Shown one piece after another: positions 30,153 through 39,259 of a stretch of 64,000 nt of DNA (within the stretch, counting starts at the first letter, position 1; each line of letters begins with the position of its first letter). The notes beneath the pieces were generated by a model. The model ran no database searches. It was not told the origin of the DNA and worked only from the letters and a program-made list of their open reading frames with translations. The position numbers and the translations under genes are program-made. This DNA is from Candidatus Saccharimonadota bacterium. GTDB taxonomy: Bacteria; Patescibacteriota; Saccharimonadia; Saccharimonadales; Saccharimonadaceae. The stretch covers positions 4,349-68,348 of the forward strand of contig JAFQXY010000012.1 of the NCBI GenBank assembly GCA_017406745.1, given 5' to 3'.

Positions 30153-30995
30153 CTAAGCATTAAATGTAATCGTATCTAACACTCTCTGAAAATCACCCCA
30201 AAACTGCACTGCGTCCGTTCGCAATATCGCAGTTTTATCCCGTATCTTAAATATCACAATATATCCAGAAAGTTCCGTATTTGGAATTTTTCCAGTATAC
30301 AGATTAGCCGTTGTACTAGCCTCACCTATCGTGATAGTAGTCACAGACAAAGGTTTGTCTTTATCTTCTAGATAACGTTGATACTCTTGCGTCACGCTCT
30401 CAAAATCCTCATCACGAATAATTACTCTAAGTGCATTAATTGTATCGTTAGATATCGCATCAACCTGTATCGGGTTAAAATATGCTTCAAAATCACCGCC
30501 ATTGCTAGCATCCTTAGCTACATATACACTCCATGTTTTAGGATATTCAAAACTCAACTGCCCATAATCTGCTGGCCCAGAAAACGACCGATATAAATAC
30601 TTCTCTCTTTCCGCAAATTCTGCCTCATCTGCCTCCGATTGTTCATCTTTAGCTACTGCCACCGCAAGAGCAATCTGCCCTTGCACATCTTCACTTACTA
30701 CATCATATTGTACCTGCTTCCAGATAAACAGACCTATAAAAGTAACTGTAGTCAAAGCTAACAATACTATCACAATAGTTTTTATCAAATTTCCCACATC
30801 AAGTTTTTTCTTTGGTTCCACTGCGGTATTGGCAGTATTCGATACTACCGTACCCACTGGTTGTCCAGCAGACATCGGTATTGGCTGAGATAAAGGCTGT
30901 GGCTGTTCTACATTTTGTCCACTCATACCCGACCCCTGTGGTATCGGCTGTGGTTGCTCCACTGGTTGCACTGGCGGTATTTGATAATTATCCAT
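30153..30995 (-). CDS. membrane-anchored hypothetical protein (Q/P-rich N-terminus, PsbP-like C-terminus)
   Basis: TM helix, G.LSFEYPKTW, ends F..VLDTITF. Confidence 0.75.
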   Translation of the reverse strand: MDNYQIPPVQPVEQPQPIPQGSGMSGQNVEQPQPLSQPIPMSAGQPVGTVVSNTANTAVEPKKKLDVGNLIKTIVIVLLALTTVTFIGLFIWKQVQYDVVSEDVQGQIALAVAVAKDEQSEADEAEFAEREKYLYRSFSGPADYGQLSFEYPKTWSVYVAKDASNGGDFEAYFNPIQVDAISNDTINALRVIIRDEDFESVTQEYQRYLEDKDKPLSVTTITIGEASTTANLYTGKIPNTELSGYIVIFKIRDKTAILRTDAVQFWGDFQRVLDTITFNA

Positions 30996-31012
30996 AATCA
31001 AATTATATCACA

Positions 31013-31210
31013 TTATTTACTAAAATCTTCAGCTAATACTTCAATTTCATTTTTCAAATTTTTTAAATCGCCCTCAATCTCATGAGCCAACTCCACTGCG
31101 GTTTTGTATTTTTCGGTCGCTTCGCCCAGCTTAAAATCATCAGAGTAAAACCACTCCACTTTTTTATCCAACTCTTCAATCTTTTCGTTTAATTTTTTCG
31201 TTTCACCCAT
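31013..31210 (-). CDS. xseB: exodeoxyribonuclease VII small subunit
   Basis: 65 aa helical protein downstream of xseA; L...VEWF..DDF.L.EA. Confidence 0.82.
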   Translation of the reverse strand: MGETKKLNEKIEELDKKVEWFYSDDFKLGEATEKYKTAVELAHEIEGDLKNLKNEIEVLAEDFSK

Positions 31211-31294
31211 TTTTCCTTAAAAACCTTTCTTTCAAAACTTTTTTATCCATCTAAAAGCATGATTTACAAACCAAAAAGTATGATTTTTTTATAA

Positions 31295-32377
31295 TCACTC
31301 TCTCCGCTTCATAGTCTTAATTTCTGCATCAATTTCATCTGTAAATGTTGTAATTTTTACAACACTACCTACTTTCATAGCTCCAGTTATGATTGCGTAG
31401 CCTTGGAGTAAGATTTTTTCTGGGTTCAACGCCTCCAAGATTTTTATTTTTTGTACTACGCCACCCAAATAATTCTCTATCTTAATTCGCAAATCACGAG
31501 ACGCGCGCGTCATCATATCATTATTCCCTCTCACCTGCATATCTATCTTATTCAAAACAACTTGTGCCACCCTCCCCATAGTATTACGCACCTTCAAACC
31601 CTCCGCCACACGATCACGCGTCAACATTTCCGCAACATTAGACGGCGTAGAAGCCCGCACATCCGCAACCAAATCCGCCAAACTTTCATCCACTTCATGC
31701 CCTATTCCAGTAATCACTGGTATTTTACTTCGCGCAATCTCCCTAGCCAACTGCTCGTCATTAAAACACGACAAATCATCCGCACTACCACCACCTCGCA
31801 AAATCGCAATCACCTGCACATCATTTTTTTCGTTAAAATACCGCAAAGCCTTAATAATCTGATCTGGGGCATCCATCCCCTGAACTTGCGTATGTGCCAC
31901 TTTTACCTTTATGCCACCCCAACGTGCATTTAAAATCTTCACAAAATCCGCATATCCAGCCGCCTGTGTAGAAGAAATCACTCCTATTTCAGTCAAATCC
32001 TCCGGCAACGCGCGCTTACGTGACGTATCAAACAACCCCTCATCCGCCAACTTCTTTTTCAATAACTCAAAAGATTTTTTAAGATTCCCCTCCCCCACCG
32101 GCTTTACTGCCTGCACGGTTAAAGAAAACTTACCCCATTTTGTCAACTTTGGCACAGCCTGCACCACTACTTTCATACCATCTTCTATTGGCAATCGAAG
32201 TTGCCATAGCGTCATAAAACACCCCACCGAACTCTCCTCGTCTTTCAAATCAAAAAACACCCATTTACCTTGATTTACCTTAAAACTCGCCACTTCCCCC
32301 TCTATCAATACCACCGGATACGCATACTCCATAGTTTGATTTATTACTGCAATAAGTTCCGTAGGCGACATTTTCAT
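31295..32377 (-). CDS. xseA: exodeoxyribonuclease VII large subunit
   Basis: GEV..F..FF.LKD, EGLF, RGGGS..DL..FN.E, GIGHE.D. Confidence 0.93.
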   Translation of the reverse strand: MKMSPTELIAVINQTMEYAYPVVLIEGEVASFKVNQGKWVFFDLKDEESSVGCFMTLWQLRLPIEDGMKVVVQAVPKLTKWGKFSLTVQAVKPVGEGNLKKSFELLKKKLADEGLFDTSRKRALPEDLTEIGVISSTQAAGYADFVKILNARWGGIKVKVAHTQVQGMDAPDQIIKALRYFNEKNDVQVIAILRGGGSADDLSCFNDEQLAREIARSKIPVITGIGHEVDESLADLVADVRASTPSNVAEMLTRDRVAEGLKVRNTMGRVAQVVLNKIDMQVRGNNDMMTRASRDLRIKIENYLGGVVQKIKILEALNPEKILLQGYAIITGAMKVGSVVKITTFTDEIDAEIKTMKRRE

Positions 32378-33423
32378 CTCGTCTCCTCCTCTTTCTTTCC
32401 ACGAATCACACGACTATACGGCACATAGCCAGTAACAATAGTAAATATCAAAGTAAACACTCTTGTCATTACAGTAACAATAGTTGCCGTAGAAAAGTCC
32501 ACTCCCAATGCAATCATCACTCCTGCCATACCCAGTTCATACAAACCATAAGGCACTATACCATCAAACACCGAGCCAATTGCCTCCCCCACCATAATAA
32601 ACGGCAACAATTCCGGACGCCCCAAAGAACACGCCACTATCCAATAAGTCATTATTTCACAAAAACTATAAATTAATCCCCACAGTGCCGGCACTTTCAA
32701 AGATTTTTTGTCTTTTTTTACTATCAAAACACAATTATGAATATCCGTAAAATATTCCCTCAATCGCCCGTGTTCTATCATATGCTTCACGTGGCCAAAA
32801 GTAAAAATCTTTGCTATTGAATCGGTCACATTTGTTATTACTTGCGCAAACTTATTTATGCGCTCATTATTACTTGCCACAAAAACAATCAACCCCAATA
32901 CAAAAAACACGCCCATATTCATCAGCATCGCCACCCAAACAATCCAATTCGCTTCATTTGGAATCAAACCAAACAGCGTTAGTAGTGCTACCGCTATCAA
33001 CGCTTGAAAATAATTCACTACGGTAGTTATTGCATAGCGAAACAAATACAAAAAACTAGCTTGCCCTGCCGATATGTCAAATTGGCGTAATCTATAAGTC
33101 AAATAAGCCAACCCACCAATCCCGCCAGCTGGCACCGCATGATTCACAAAGTTTAATTCCGTAGAAATTATTAACATTTCTTTGCGCTCAAAATGTTTAT
33201 GATATTTTCGTCTTAGATAAGAAAAGAAAATCTGCCCACAAGCATAATACATAAACAGTTGCTCTGGTATCAATAATAGCAAAACCACCAAATTAGCATC
33301 ATCCAAATGGTAAAAAGTATCTACGATATCTGGCCAATTTTGGTACACCACATAAGCCACCAAGACCACCGTGGCTACCAAAAGTATTGTACGAAAAGAA
33401 ATCTTAAAAGCCTTACGCTCCAT
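32374..33423 (-). CDS. lysylphosphatidylglycerol synthase TM / flippase-like membrane protein
   Basis: multi-TM; FVNH..P.GG.GG signature. Confidence 0.78.
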   Translation of the reverse strand: MERKAFKISFRTILLVATVVLVAYVVYQNWPDIVDTFYHLDDANLVVLLLLIPEQLFMYYACGQIFFSYLRRKYHKHFERKEMLIISTELNFVNHAVPAGGIGGLAYLTYRLRQFDISAGQASFLYLFRYAITTVVNYFQALIAVALLTLFGLIPNEANWIVWVAMLMNMGVFFVLGLIVFVASNNERINKFAQVITNVTDSIAKIFTFGHVKHMIEHGRLREYFTDIHNCVLIVKKDKKSLKVPALWGLIYSFCEIMTYWIVACSLGRPELLPFIMVGEAIGSVFDGIVPYGLYELGMAGVMIALGVDFSTATIVTVMTRVFTLIFTIVTGYVPYSRVIRGKKEEETR

Positions 33424-33473
33424 ACCCCAATTATATCATATCCACGTTGCAAGAGGTATGATATAATTATTTT

Positions 33474-34610
33474 ATGTATTTAGCCGTACTCGGAAGACAA
33501 AGTGAAATATCCCTAGCAGAATTAACCGCCCTTTATTCTCGCGTCAAAAAAATCAACTCTAACCTCGCCACCTTTGATAGTAATACCACCCCAAACATCA
33601 CAAGACTCGGTGGCAGTCTCAAACTTGCCGTAAAATTATCCCAAACACCACTCGAATATCTATCTTCTCTCCCAGACGGTAAAATCACCATTGGCATATC
33701 TGATTATTACGCCCATTCTTCTGCTAAATCCGCCAATTCTATAGCTCTAAAATTCAAAAAAATCCTCGTCCGGCATCACCGTAGCGTACGCGTAGTAGCC
33801 AACACCAGCCCAACCCTATCCACTGCTACCTCTTTACACAATGGGCTATCAGGCAAAAATCCTCGTAAAATAGAATTAATCAAAACCGCAAAAGATTGGT
33901 ACAAAGTCATAGGCGTACAAGATATAGAATCTTACGCTAATCGCGATCAAGCTCGTCCCGCTCGCGACGCCAAGGTTGGGATGCTCCCACCCAAACTAGC
34001 TCAAATCCTAATCAATCTCTGCGGTCCGCTCCCCTTAAGCTCTCTTATCCTAGATCCATTTTGTGGCACTGGCGTTGTCTTGCAAGAAGCACTTCTCATG
34101 GGCTACCGTGCTTATGGCACAGACATCAACGCCAAAATGATAAACTACAGCGAAAAAAACCTCAAATGGCTAATCCAGCACTCTATCAAATATCCAACAT
34201 CATCAAATAATAACCCCAATCTAAACACTACGCCATTTCAGCTCGATCAAGGCGATGCCACATCTTTTAGCTGGCAACAACCCATCAACGCCGTCGCCTG
34301 CGAGTGTTATTTAGGTCAGCCCATGTCCCAAATCCCCACCGAGATCAAACTCAAAGAGCAAAAACAAGCCTGTAGTTCTATTATTTTGGGCTTTCTAAAA
34401 AATCTCTCGACCCAAATTGCACCAAATACCCCAGTAACCATCGCTATCCCAGCTTGGCTCCGCGAAAATGGCACATATTCTCGCCTAAACATTATTGACG
34501 AAATCGCCAATATGGGGTATAATGTTAATAATAAATCGCGTTTAGGGCTTTTTTATCACCGAGAAAGCCAAATTGTCGCGAGGGATATAATAATTTTAAG
34601 GAAAAACTAA
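33474..34610 (+). CDS. Trm11/UPF0020-like SAM-dependent methyltransferase
   Basis: RP....GM.PPKLA..LIN, LDPFCGTG, G.DI, DAT. Confidence 0.8.
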   Translation: MYLAVLGRQSEISLAELTALYSRVKKINSNLATFDSNTTPNITRLGGSLKLAVKLSQTPLEYLSSLPDGKITIGISDYYAHSSAKSANSIALKFKKILVRHHRSVRVVANTSPTLSTATSLHNGLSGKNPRKIELIKTAKDWYKVIGVQDIESYANRDQARPARDAKVGMLPPKLAQILINLCGPLPLSSLILDPFCGTGVVLQEALLMGYRAYGTDINAKMINYSEKNLKWLIQHSIKYPTSSNNNPNLNTTPFQLDQGDATSFSWQQPINAVACECYLGQPMSQIPTEIKLKEQKQACSSIILGFLKNLSTQIAPNTPVTIAIPAWLRENGTYSRLNIIDEIANMGYNVNNKSRLGLFYHRESQIVARDIIILRKN

Positions 34611-34883
34611 ATGTCACACGTAAAAGCTGGCGGTACCGCCAAAAATGTTCACAATAACGCTGGCCAACGCTTAGGCGTCAAGCGCTTTGGTGGCCAAAAA
34701 GTCAAAAACGGCGAAGTGTTGGTCCGTCAAACCGGCGCCACCAAAATCGCTGGTTCAGGCACCTATATGTCACGCAATTTTACCATTCATGCAGCCAAAG
34801 ATGGTGTAGTTACTTTTGTCAAAACCAAAAAAACTCACTTCTCTGGCAAATCTTTACCTCGCGTCCGCGTAGAAGTCCGCTAA
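34611..34883 (+). CDS. rpmA: 50S ribosomal protein L27
   Basis: H.KAGG..N...GQRLGVK.FGGQ.V..G..LVRQ.G. Confidence 0.95.
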   Translation: MSHVKAGGTAKNVHNNAGQRLGVKRFGGQKVKNGEVLVRQTGATKIAGSGTYMSRNFTIHAAKDGVVTFVKTKKTHFSGKSLPRVRVEVR

Positions 34884-34886
34884 ACC

Positions 34887-34927
34887 AAATCTCCCTCAGT
34901 AGCAAGGGCCACTAAGGGAGATTTTTT
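34887..34927 (+). terminator. intrinsic terminator
   Basis: AAATCTCCCT/AGGGAGATTT stem plus T run. Confidence 0.7.
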
Positions 34928-34943
34928 GTTCCTATTATACATC

Positions 34944-36200
34944 CTACATTACTACCGCAAACTTATTCTTACCTTTTTTAATAATAGCGATCTTTTCTAC
35001 GTTTATTTCTGCGGTTTCTTTTATTCCATTGATAGAAATAGCACCTTGTTTAATAAACTCTCTCGCTTTTTTCTTAGAATCCGCTAGTCCAGTACTTACC
35101 AATATATCTACTAGGTTCTCGCCTCTGCTCGCCACTGGCAAAAACCTAGCAAAATCATTAATTTCATTTTCAGAAAACTCCGCAAAATTAGTTTCTCTAT
35201 CAAATAATACTCGCGAAAGCTCCTCCACGGCCTGCGCAGATTCCAACCCATGCACCACCGTAGTTGCACCAAAAGCCAAAGCTTTTTGTGCAACACGTTT
35301 TTCTGGAGCTTTTTTATGTTCTGCCACAATATTTTCAATTTCATCACAGCTCAGCAACGTATATATTTTTATTAAATACTCAACCGCCTCATCAGACTGC
35401 GACAACCAAAACTGGTAAAAATCAAATATAGATGTATAATTACCAGACCCATTATCAGATGAAGCCAGCCAAATCGCATTTCCCTCAGACTTACCAAACT
35501 TACGCCCAGTTGCAGGGTCTATTACAAGTGGAGTCGACCACACGTCAGCAACTGCATCCTCCAATCTTTTTATTAAATGAATACCAGAAGTACAATTCCC
35601 ATATTGGTCTGCCCCACATAATTGCAATGCCACTCCATATTTACGATATAAATACAAAAAATCATACCCTTGAATCAACGTATACGAAAACTCCGCATAA
35701 GAAATGCCACTTCCACCCTCGCCAATCCGATTTTGTACAAATTGCCTATCTAATAATTGCGTCATAGAAAATGCCTTACCTATCTCACGCAAAAAATCCA
35801 AATAATTAATATTCTTAAACCAATCATAGTTATCCACCATCGTAACTGCCCCAGCATCCCCATTAGTAGCTACGCCACTTACTACACGTTCCACTTGTTC
35901 GCGAATACATTTTTTATTATGTTCCACTTCATCCAAAGTCTTTAAATCACGTTCGCCATTTTCTTTAGGGTCACCAATCTGCCCAGTGGCACCACCTACC
36001 AATAAATATGGTGTATAACCATGACGCACAAAACACGCACACATCATCAATGCCGCCAAATTACCAATTGTTAGCGAATCCGCCGATGGATCCGCCCCCC
36101 AATAGAATTTTTTACTTTCTCTGGTGTCTAATTCTGCTGGATTTTTTATAGTTGTCTCTGCAACAAACCCCCGATAAATTAATTCTTCCGATAACTTCAT
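34944..36200 (-). CDS. tyrS: tyrosine--tRNA ligase
   Basis: GADPSADSLTIGN (HIGH variant), QGYDF, G.DQ.GN, KFGKS, C-terminal S4 domain. Confidence 0.96.
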   Translation of the reverse strand: MKLSEELIYRGFVAETTIKNPAELDTRESKKFYWGADPSADSLTIGNLAALMMCACFVRHGYTPYLLVGGATGQIGDPKENGERDLKTLDEVEHNKKCIREQVERVVSGVATNGDAGAVTMVDNYDWFKNINYLDFLREIGKAFSMTQLLDRQFVQNRIGEGGSGISYAEFSYTLIQGYDFLYLYRKYGVALQLCGADQYGNCTSGIHLIKRLEDAVADVWSTPLVIDPATGRKFGKSEGNAIWLASSDNGSGNYTSIFDFYQFWLSQSDEAVEYLIKIYTLLSCDEIENIVAEHKKAPEKRVAQKALAFGATTVVHGLESAQAVEELSRVLFDRETNFAEFSENEINDFARFLPVASRGENLVDILVSTGLADSKKKAREFIKQGAISINGIKETAEINVEKIAIIKKGKNKFAVVM

Positions 36201-36239
36201 ATCTATTATTATATCAAAATAATATGCTATAATCAAACC

Positions 36240-36857
36240 ATGAATACAGCTGATAAAGTTTCTATCATTAAAACCAAGCTTGGCACTGGGTCTATCAATA
36301 TTTTTGGACTACCCATGTCTGGCAAAGACACCCAAGGCGTTCGTCTTGCCGAGGCTCTAGGCGCTAAGTTTCTCTCCTCCGGCATCATTATTCGCACCAA
36401 AGAAGCCGAAACAAAACAAAACTACACTCACAATGGTGCTCTTATACCCACCAATGTTTTTTATGAGTGGGTTTTACCATATTTTTCCACCCCAGACCTA
36501 CAAAATTATCCATTAATTTTATCTTCCATTGGCCGTTGGTACGGCGAAGAAGATACCGTCATAGATGCTACCGCCAAAGCCAACCATCCAATCAAAGCCG
36601 TTATACTTTTGGATCTTTCAGAAGATAGCGTCACTGCTCGTTTTGAAACCGCTAAAACTCTAAACGATCGTGGCAACCGTGCCGATGATTCAGACCCCGC
36701 CACTTTCCGCACTCGCCTAGCAGAGTTCCACACCAAGACCCTCCCCGTTCTCCAGCACTACGATACCCTAGGCTTGCTTATCAAAGTCAATGGCGACCAA
36801 TCCCGCGACGCAGTTTTTCAAGAACTCGTCGACAAACTTTACCAATTTCTCGCCTAA
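36240..36857 (+). CDS. adenylate kinase family nucleoside monophosphate kinase
   Basis: G.P.SGK.TQ P-loop, SSG..IR, R.DD...RL..F...T.PV. Confidence 0.85.
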   Translation: MNTADKVSIIKTKLGTGSINIFGLPMSGKDTQGVRLAEALGAKFLSSGIIIRTKEAETKQNYTHNGALIPTNVFYEWVLPYFSTPDLQNYPLILSSIGRWYGEEDTVIDATAKANHPIKAVILLDLSEDSVTARFETAKTLNDRGNRADDSDPATFRTRLAEFHTKTLPVLQHYDTLGLLIKVNGDQSRDAVFQELVDKLYQFLA

Positions 36858-38235
36858 ACTCATATATAATATATAGTAGCCCCGCTACCACTACCCCTAT
36901 TACCGCATAAAGTGCCACAAAAGAAGATTTTTCGTCATAAGTTTCTTCCGTATTTATACTATAATCCGCTCCGGTATTTTCTTTTATTTTATTACAACGA
37001 TTAGTTTTTGGATTCAAATAATAGCCCTCCTTACAAACTTTTTCAGTTGTTTCTTCTATTTTTTTGCATCTTCCCGTTAAAACATTTAAATATTTTCCCT
37101 CACCACACACTTTTTGCGACACAGAAGTCACTTTTACACAGTTACCCGTAGCTTCATTTATCACCTTTCCCGCTTCACAAGTTTTATATTCTTGATAATT
37201 ATTAGCACTACCAGGTGTAGGTGCATACGTTACTTTCCAAAGCTCATCGCCATTTTCACTATATCCTATCCAAGCATATGACGTACCCTTACGTTGCCCA
37301 TTTGGATACACTAATGTATCTATCACCGCACCATCCACATCAATCAATTCCAGAGCATTAGAATTTGTTGGATTTTTTGTTAAACTAAATCCCAAATCTT
37401 TATAAAAAATCACTATGTATTCTTCTGGCTTCACTATGCCTTTCAAATTATAGTTTTTATTTTTATACTTTATCTGGCATCCGTCCAACAAAATCTGTTC
37501 TGCCCCAGAATTATACAATTCAATAAATTGTTCCTCCTTATTTTCGGTATAGTATGTCAATATTTCCGAAAATTTCATCCCTACACACTGGCTCTTTACT
37601 GCGCCATAACCAGTTTCATCTCTAGCTTCCACATAATAATTTTTTTCATCATATTTTACTTCATACTCATCTACCAACAATTGTTTAAAACTACCATCTA
37701 ATTGTCGCACCAACACGGTTGGATTACTACTTTTAAAAGTTTCTTGACAATCATCTTTCCCGGTCCAACATACCGAATCTAGTATCTCTCCATCTCTTTC
37801 TATCGTTAAAGGCCCCTTGTCCATCGCCAATGTCTTACTATAATTTATATTGGCCAACTCACTCTCTGGCGAGCTGGCCAAACGGAGGAGGATACTCTCG
37901 CCGGCCATCCAACTGTACTCGGGAAACCCAAAAATCTTCTTGGGTGTCCCGCTAGAATCCGTATAGCTGATGGAAAGACCGGCGAGCGAAGTAGGTTCAC
38001 TGGAGTTATCTCTACGAGCAATCTCAATCATTTCTCCAGTATTATTCTTATTTGTTTCTGGATCCTTATATCCAGGGTTGATTGCTTTTATATATATCTC
38101 CGGCAAAACATCCTCTCCGTCACCAACAACACTACTGTCTGTATTTTTATCCGCAAAAACCAACATATTTATATCAATTCCCACTACCGCCCACACTAAA
38201 CAAATTATTTTACAAAACAATATTATTTTTTTCAT
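36787..38235 (-). CDS. secreted, membrane-anchored lamin-tail-domain protein with three 2-Cys repeats
   Basis: signal-like N-terminus, FSE..EQFIELYN..L.G LTD, PTPG..N, 3x C..G...N..T.(N/R)C.K, C-terminal TM. Confidence 0.85.
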   Translation of the reverse strand: MKKIILFCKIICLVWAVVGIDINMLVFADKNTDSSVVGDGEDVLPEIYIKAINPGYKDPETNKNNTGEMIEIARRDNSSEPTSLAGLSISYTDSSGTPKKIFGFPEYSWMAGESILLRLASSPESELANINYSKTLAMDKGPLTIERDGEILDSVCWTGKDDCQETFKSSNPTVLVRQLDGSFKQLLVDEYEVKYDEKNYYVEARDETGYGAVKSQCVGMKFSEILTYYTENKEEQFIELYNSGAEQILLDGCQIKYKNKNYNLKGIVKPEEYIVIFYKDLGFSLTKNPTNSNALELIDVDGAVIDTLVYPNGQRKGTSYAWIGYSENGDELWKVTYAPTPGSANNYQEYKTCEAGKVINEATGNCVKVTSVSQKVCGEGKYLNVLTGRCKKIEETTEKVCKEGYYLNPKTNRCNKIKENTGADYSINTEETYDEKSSFVALYAVIGVVVAGLLYIIYEFRREIGKVCRRVLEKLRRGIGRH

Positions 38236-38295
38236 ACCTTGCACTCTAGCAAAAATTATTTGAAATTACAACCCCCTTTATGATATAATCTAAGC

Positions 38296-39006
38296 ATGAG
38301 TTTTATCACCTCTGTATTAATTCTTGTTCTGGCAATGCTTATCCAAGCATTCTTACAACTCAATCCAAGTGTTTTTGCGATTTTTTATCATAATGCTCTC
38401 GGTAAAAAATCCCCCAAAGTCGCCGACAACCTCAGCCTCTATTTCTTTTTTGGCATAGAAGTCTTTTGCGCAATTGTTTTCTTGTCAATATATTTCTTAT
38501 TATCTACTATTTTTACCTATTTTCCTTATTTCATGACAAACATCTTTCCATGGATTATGTCCGGCATTTTTATGGCTCTTGCTATTGTTAGTTTCTTTTG
38601 GTATTTTCGTACCGGTCATAATTGCAAGAAAACCACCAAATTATTTATTTCGCGCTCTCTCGCTCATCACCTAACCACCTGCGCAGAAAAAGTCACCACG
38701 CGTAGCGATGCCTTTTTGCTAGGTGCTTTTATAGGTATTATAGAATTAGGTTTTACCTTGCCACTTTATATTATCTGCACTTTTCAAATTATCTATTTTA
38801 CCGAATTATCCAGTTTTCTTATTATTATATTGTATATTTTTTCTGCACTTTTACCACTTTTTATTATTCATGCAATTTTTCTCTCACATCACAATCTCGC
38901 AAACATCCAACGTTTTCGCATTCGCAAAAAGCCTTTATTTCGTATCACTATTAGTCTCAGCTTTCTAATTATTGCTATATTAACTCTAATATCAGGAATC
39001 ATCTAA
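38296..39006 (+). CDS. LysE-superfamily (GAP/CcdA-like) membrane protein
   Basis: about 6 TM helices; LNP and EL.FT.P.Y motifs. Confidence 0.7.
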   Translation: MSFITSVLILVLAMLIQAFLQLNPSVFAIFYHNALGKKSPKVADNLSLYFFFGIEVFCAIVFLSIYFLLSTIFTYFPYFMTNIFPWIMSGIFMALAIVSFFWYFRTGHNCKKTTKLFISRSLAHHLTTCAEKVTTRSDAFLLGAFIGIIELGFTLPLYIICTFQIIYFTELSSFLIIILYIFSALLPLFIIHAIFLSHHNLANIQRFRIRKKPLFRITISLSFLIIAILTLISGII

Positions 39007-39257
39007 TGGACGCTTCTACCGAAAAAACACTTCAAAAAATCCTCAAGGTTCACGCTCGCGCCCTAGATATTCCATCGGGTGCCGCCAACTCTTTTATTTC
39101 ACATACTATTTCTGCCGTCAAAAAATCCTTACAGACCAAATCTTCTTCAAAAACCACTATCACCGACCAAGATTTAGTTCGCCTTATCACCAAAGAGCTA
39201 AAAAAATATAATACAGATTTAGCTTACGTTTATCAAAATTATGCTACAATTATATAA
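39006..39257 (+). CDS. small hypothetical protein
   Basis: TAATG coupling to the upstream gene; ELKKYN.DLAYVY. Confidence 0.7.
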   Translation: MDASTEKTLQKILKVHARALDIPSGAANSFISHTISAVKKSLQTKSSSKTTITDQDLVRLITKELKKYNTDLAYVYQNYATII

Positions 39258-39259
39258 AG

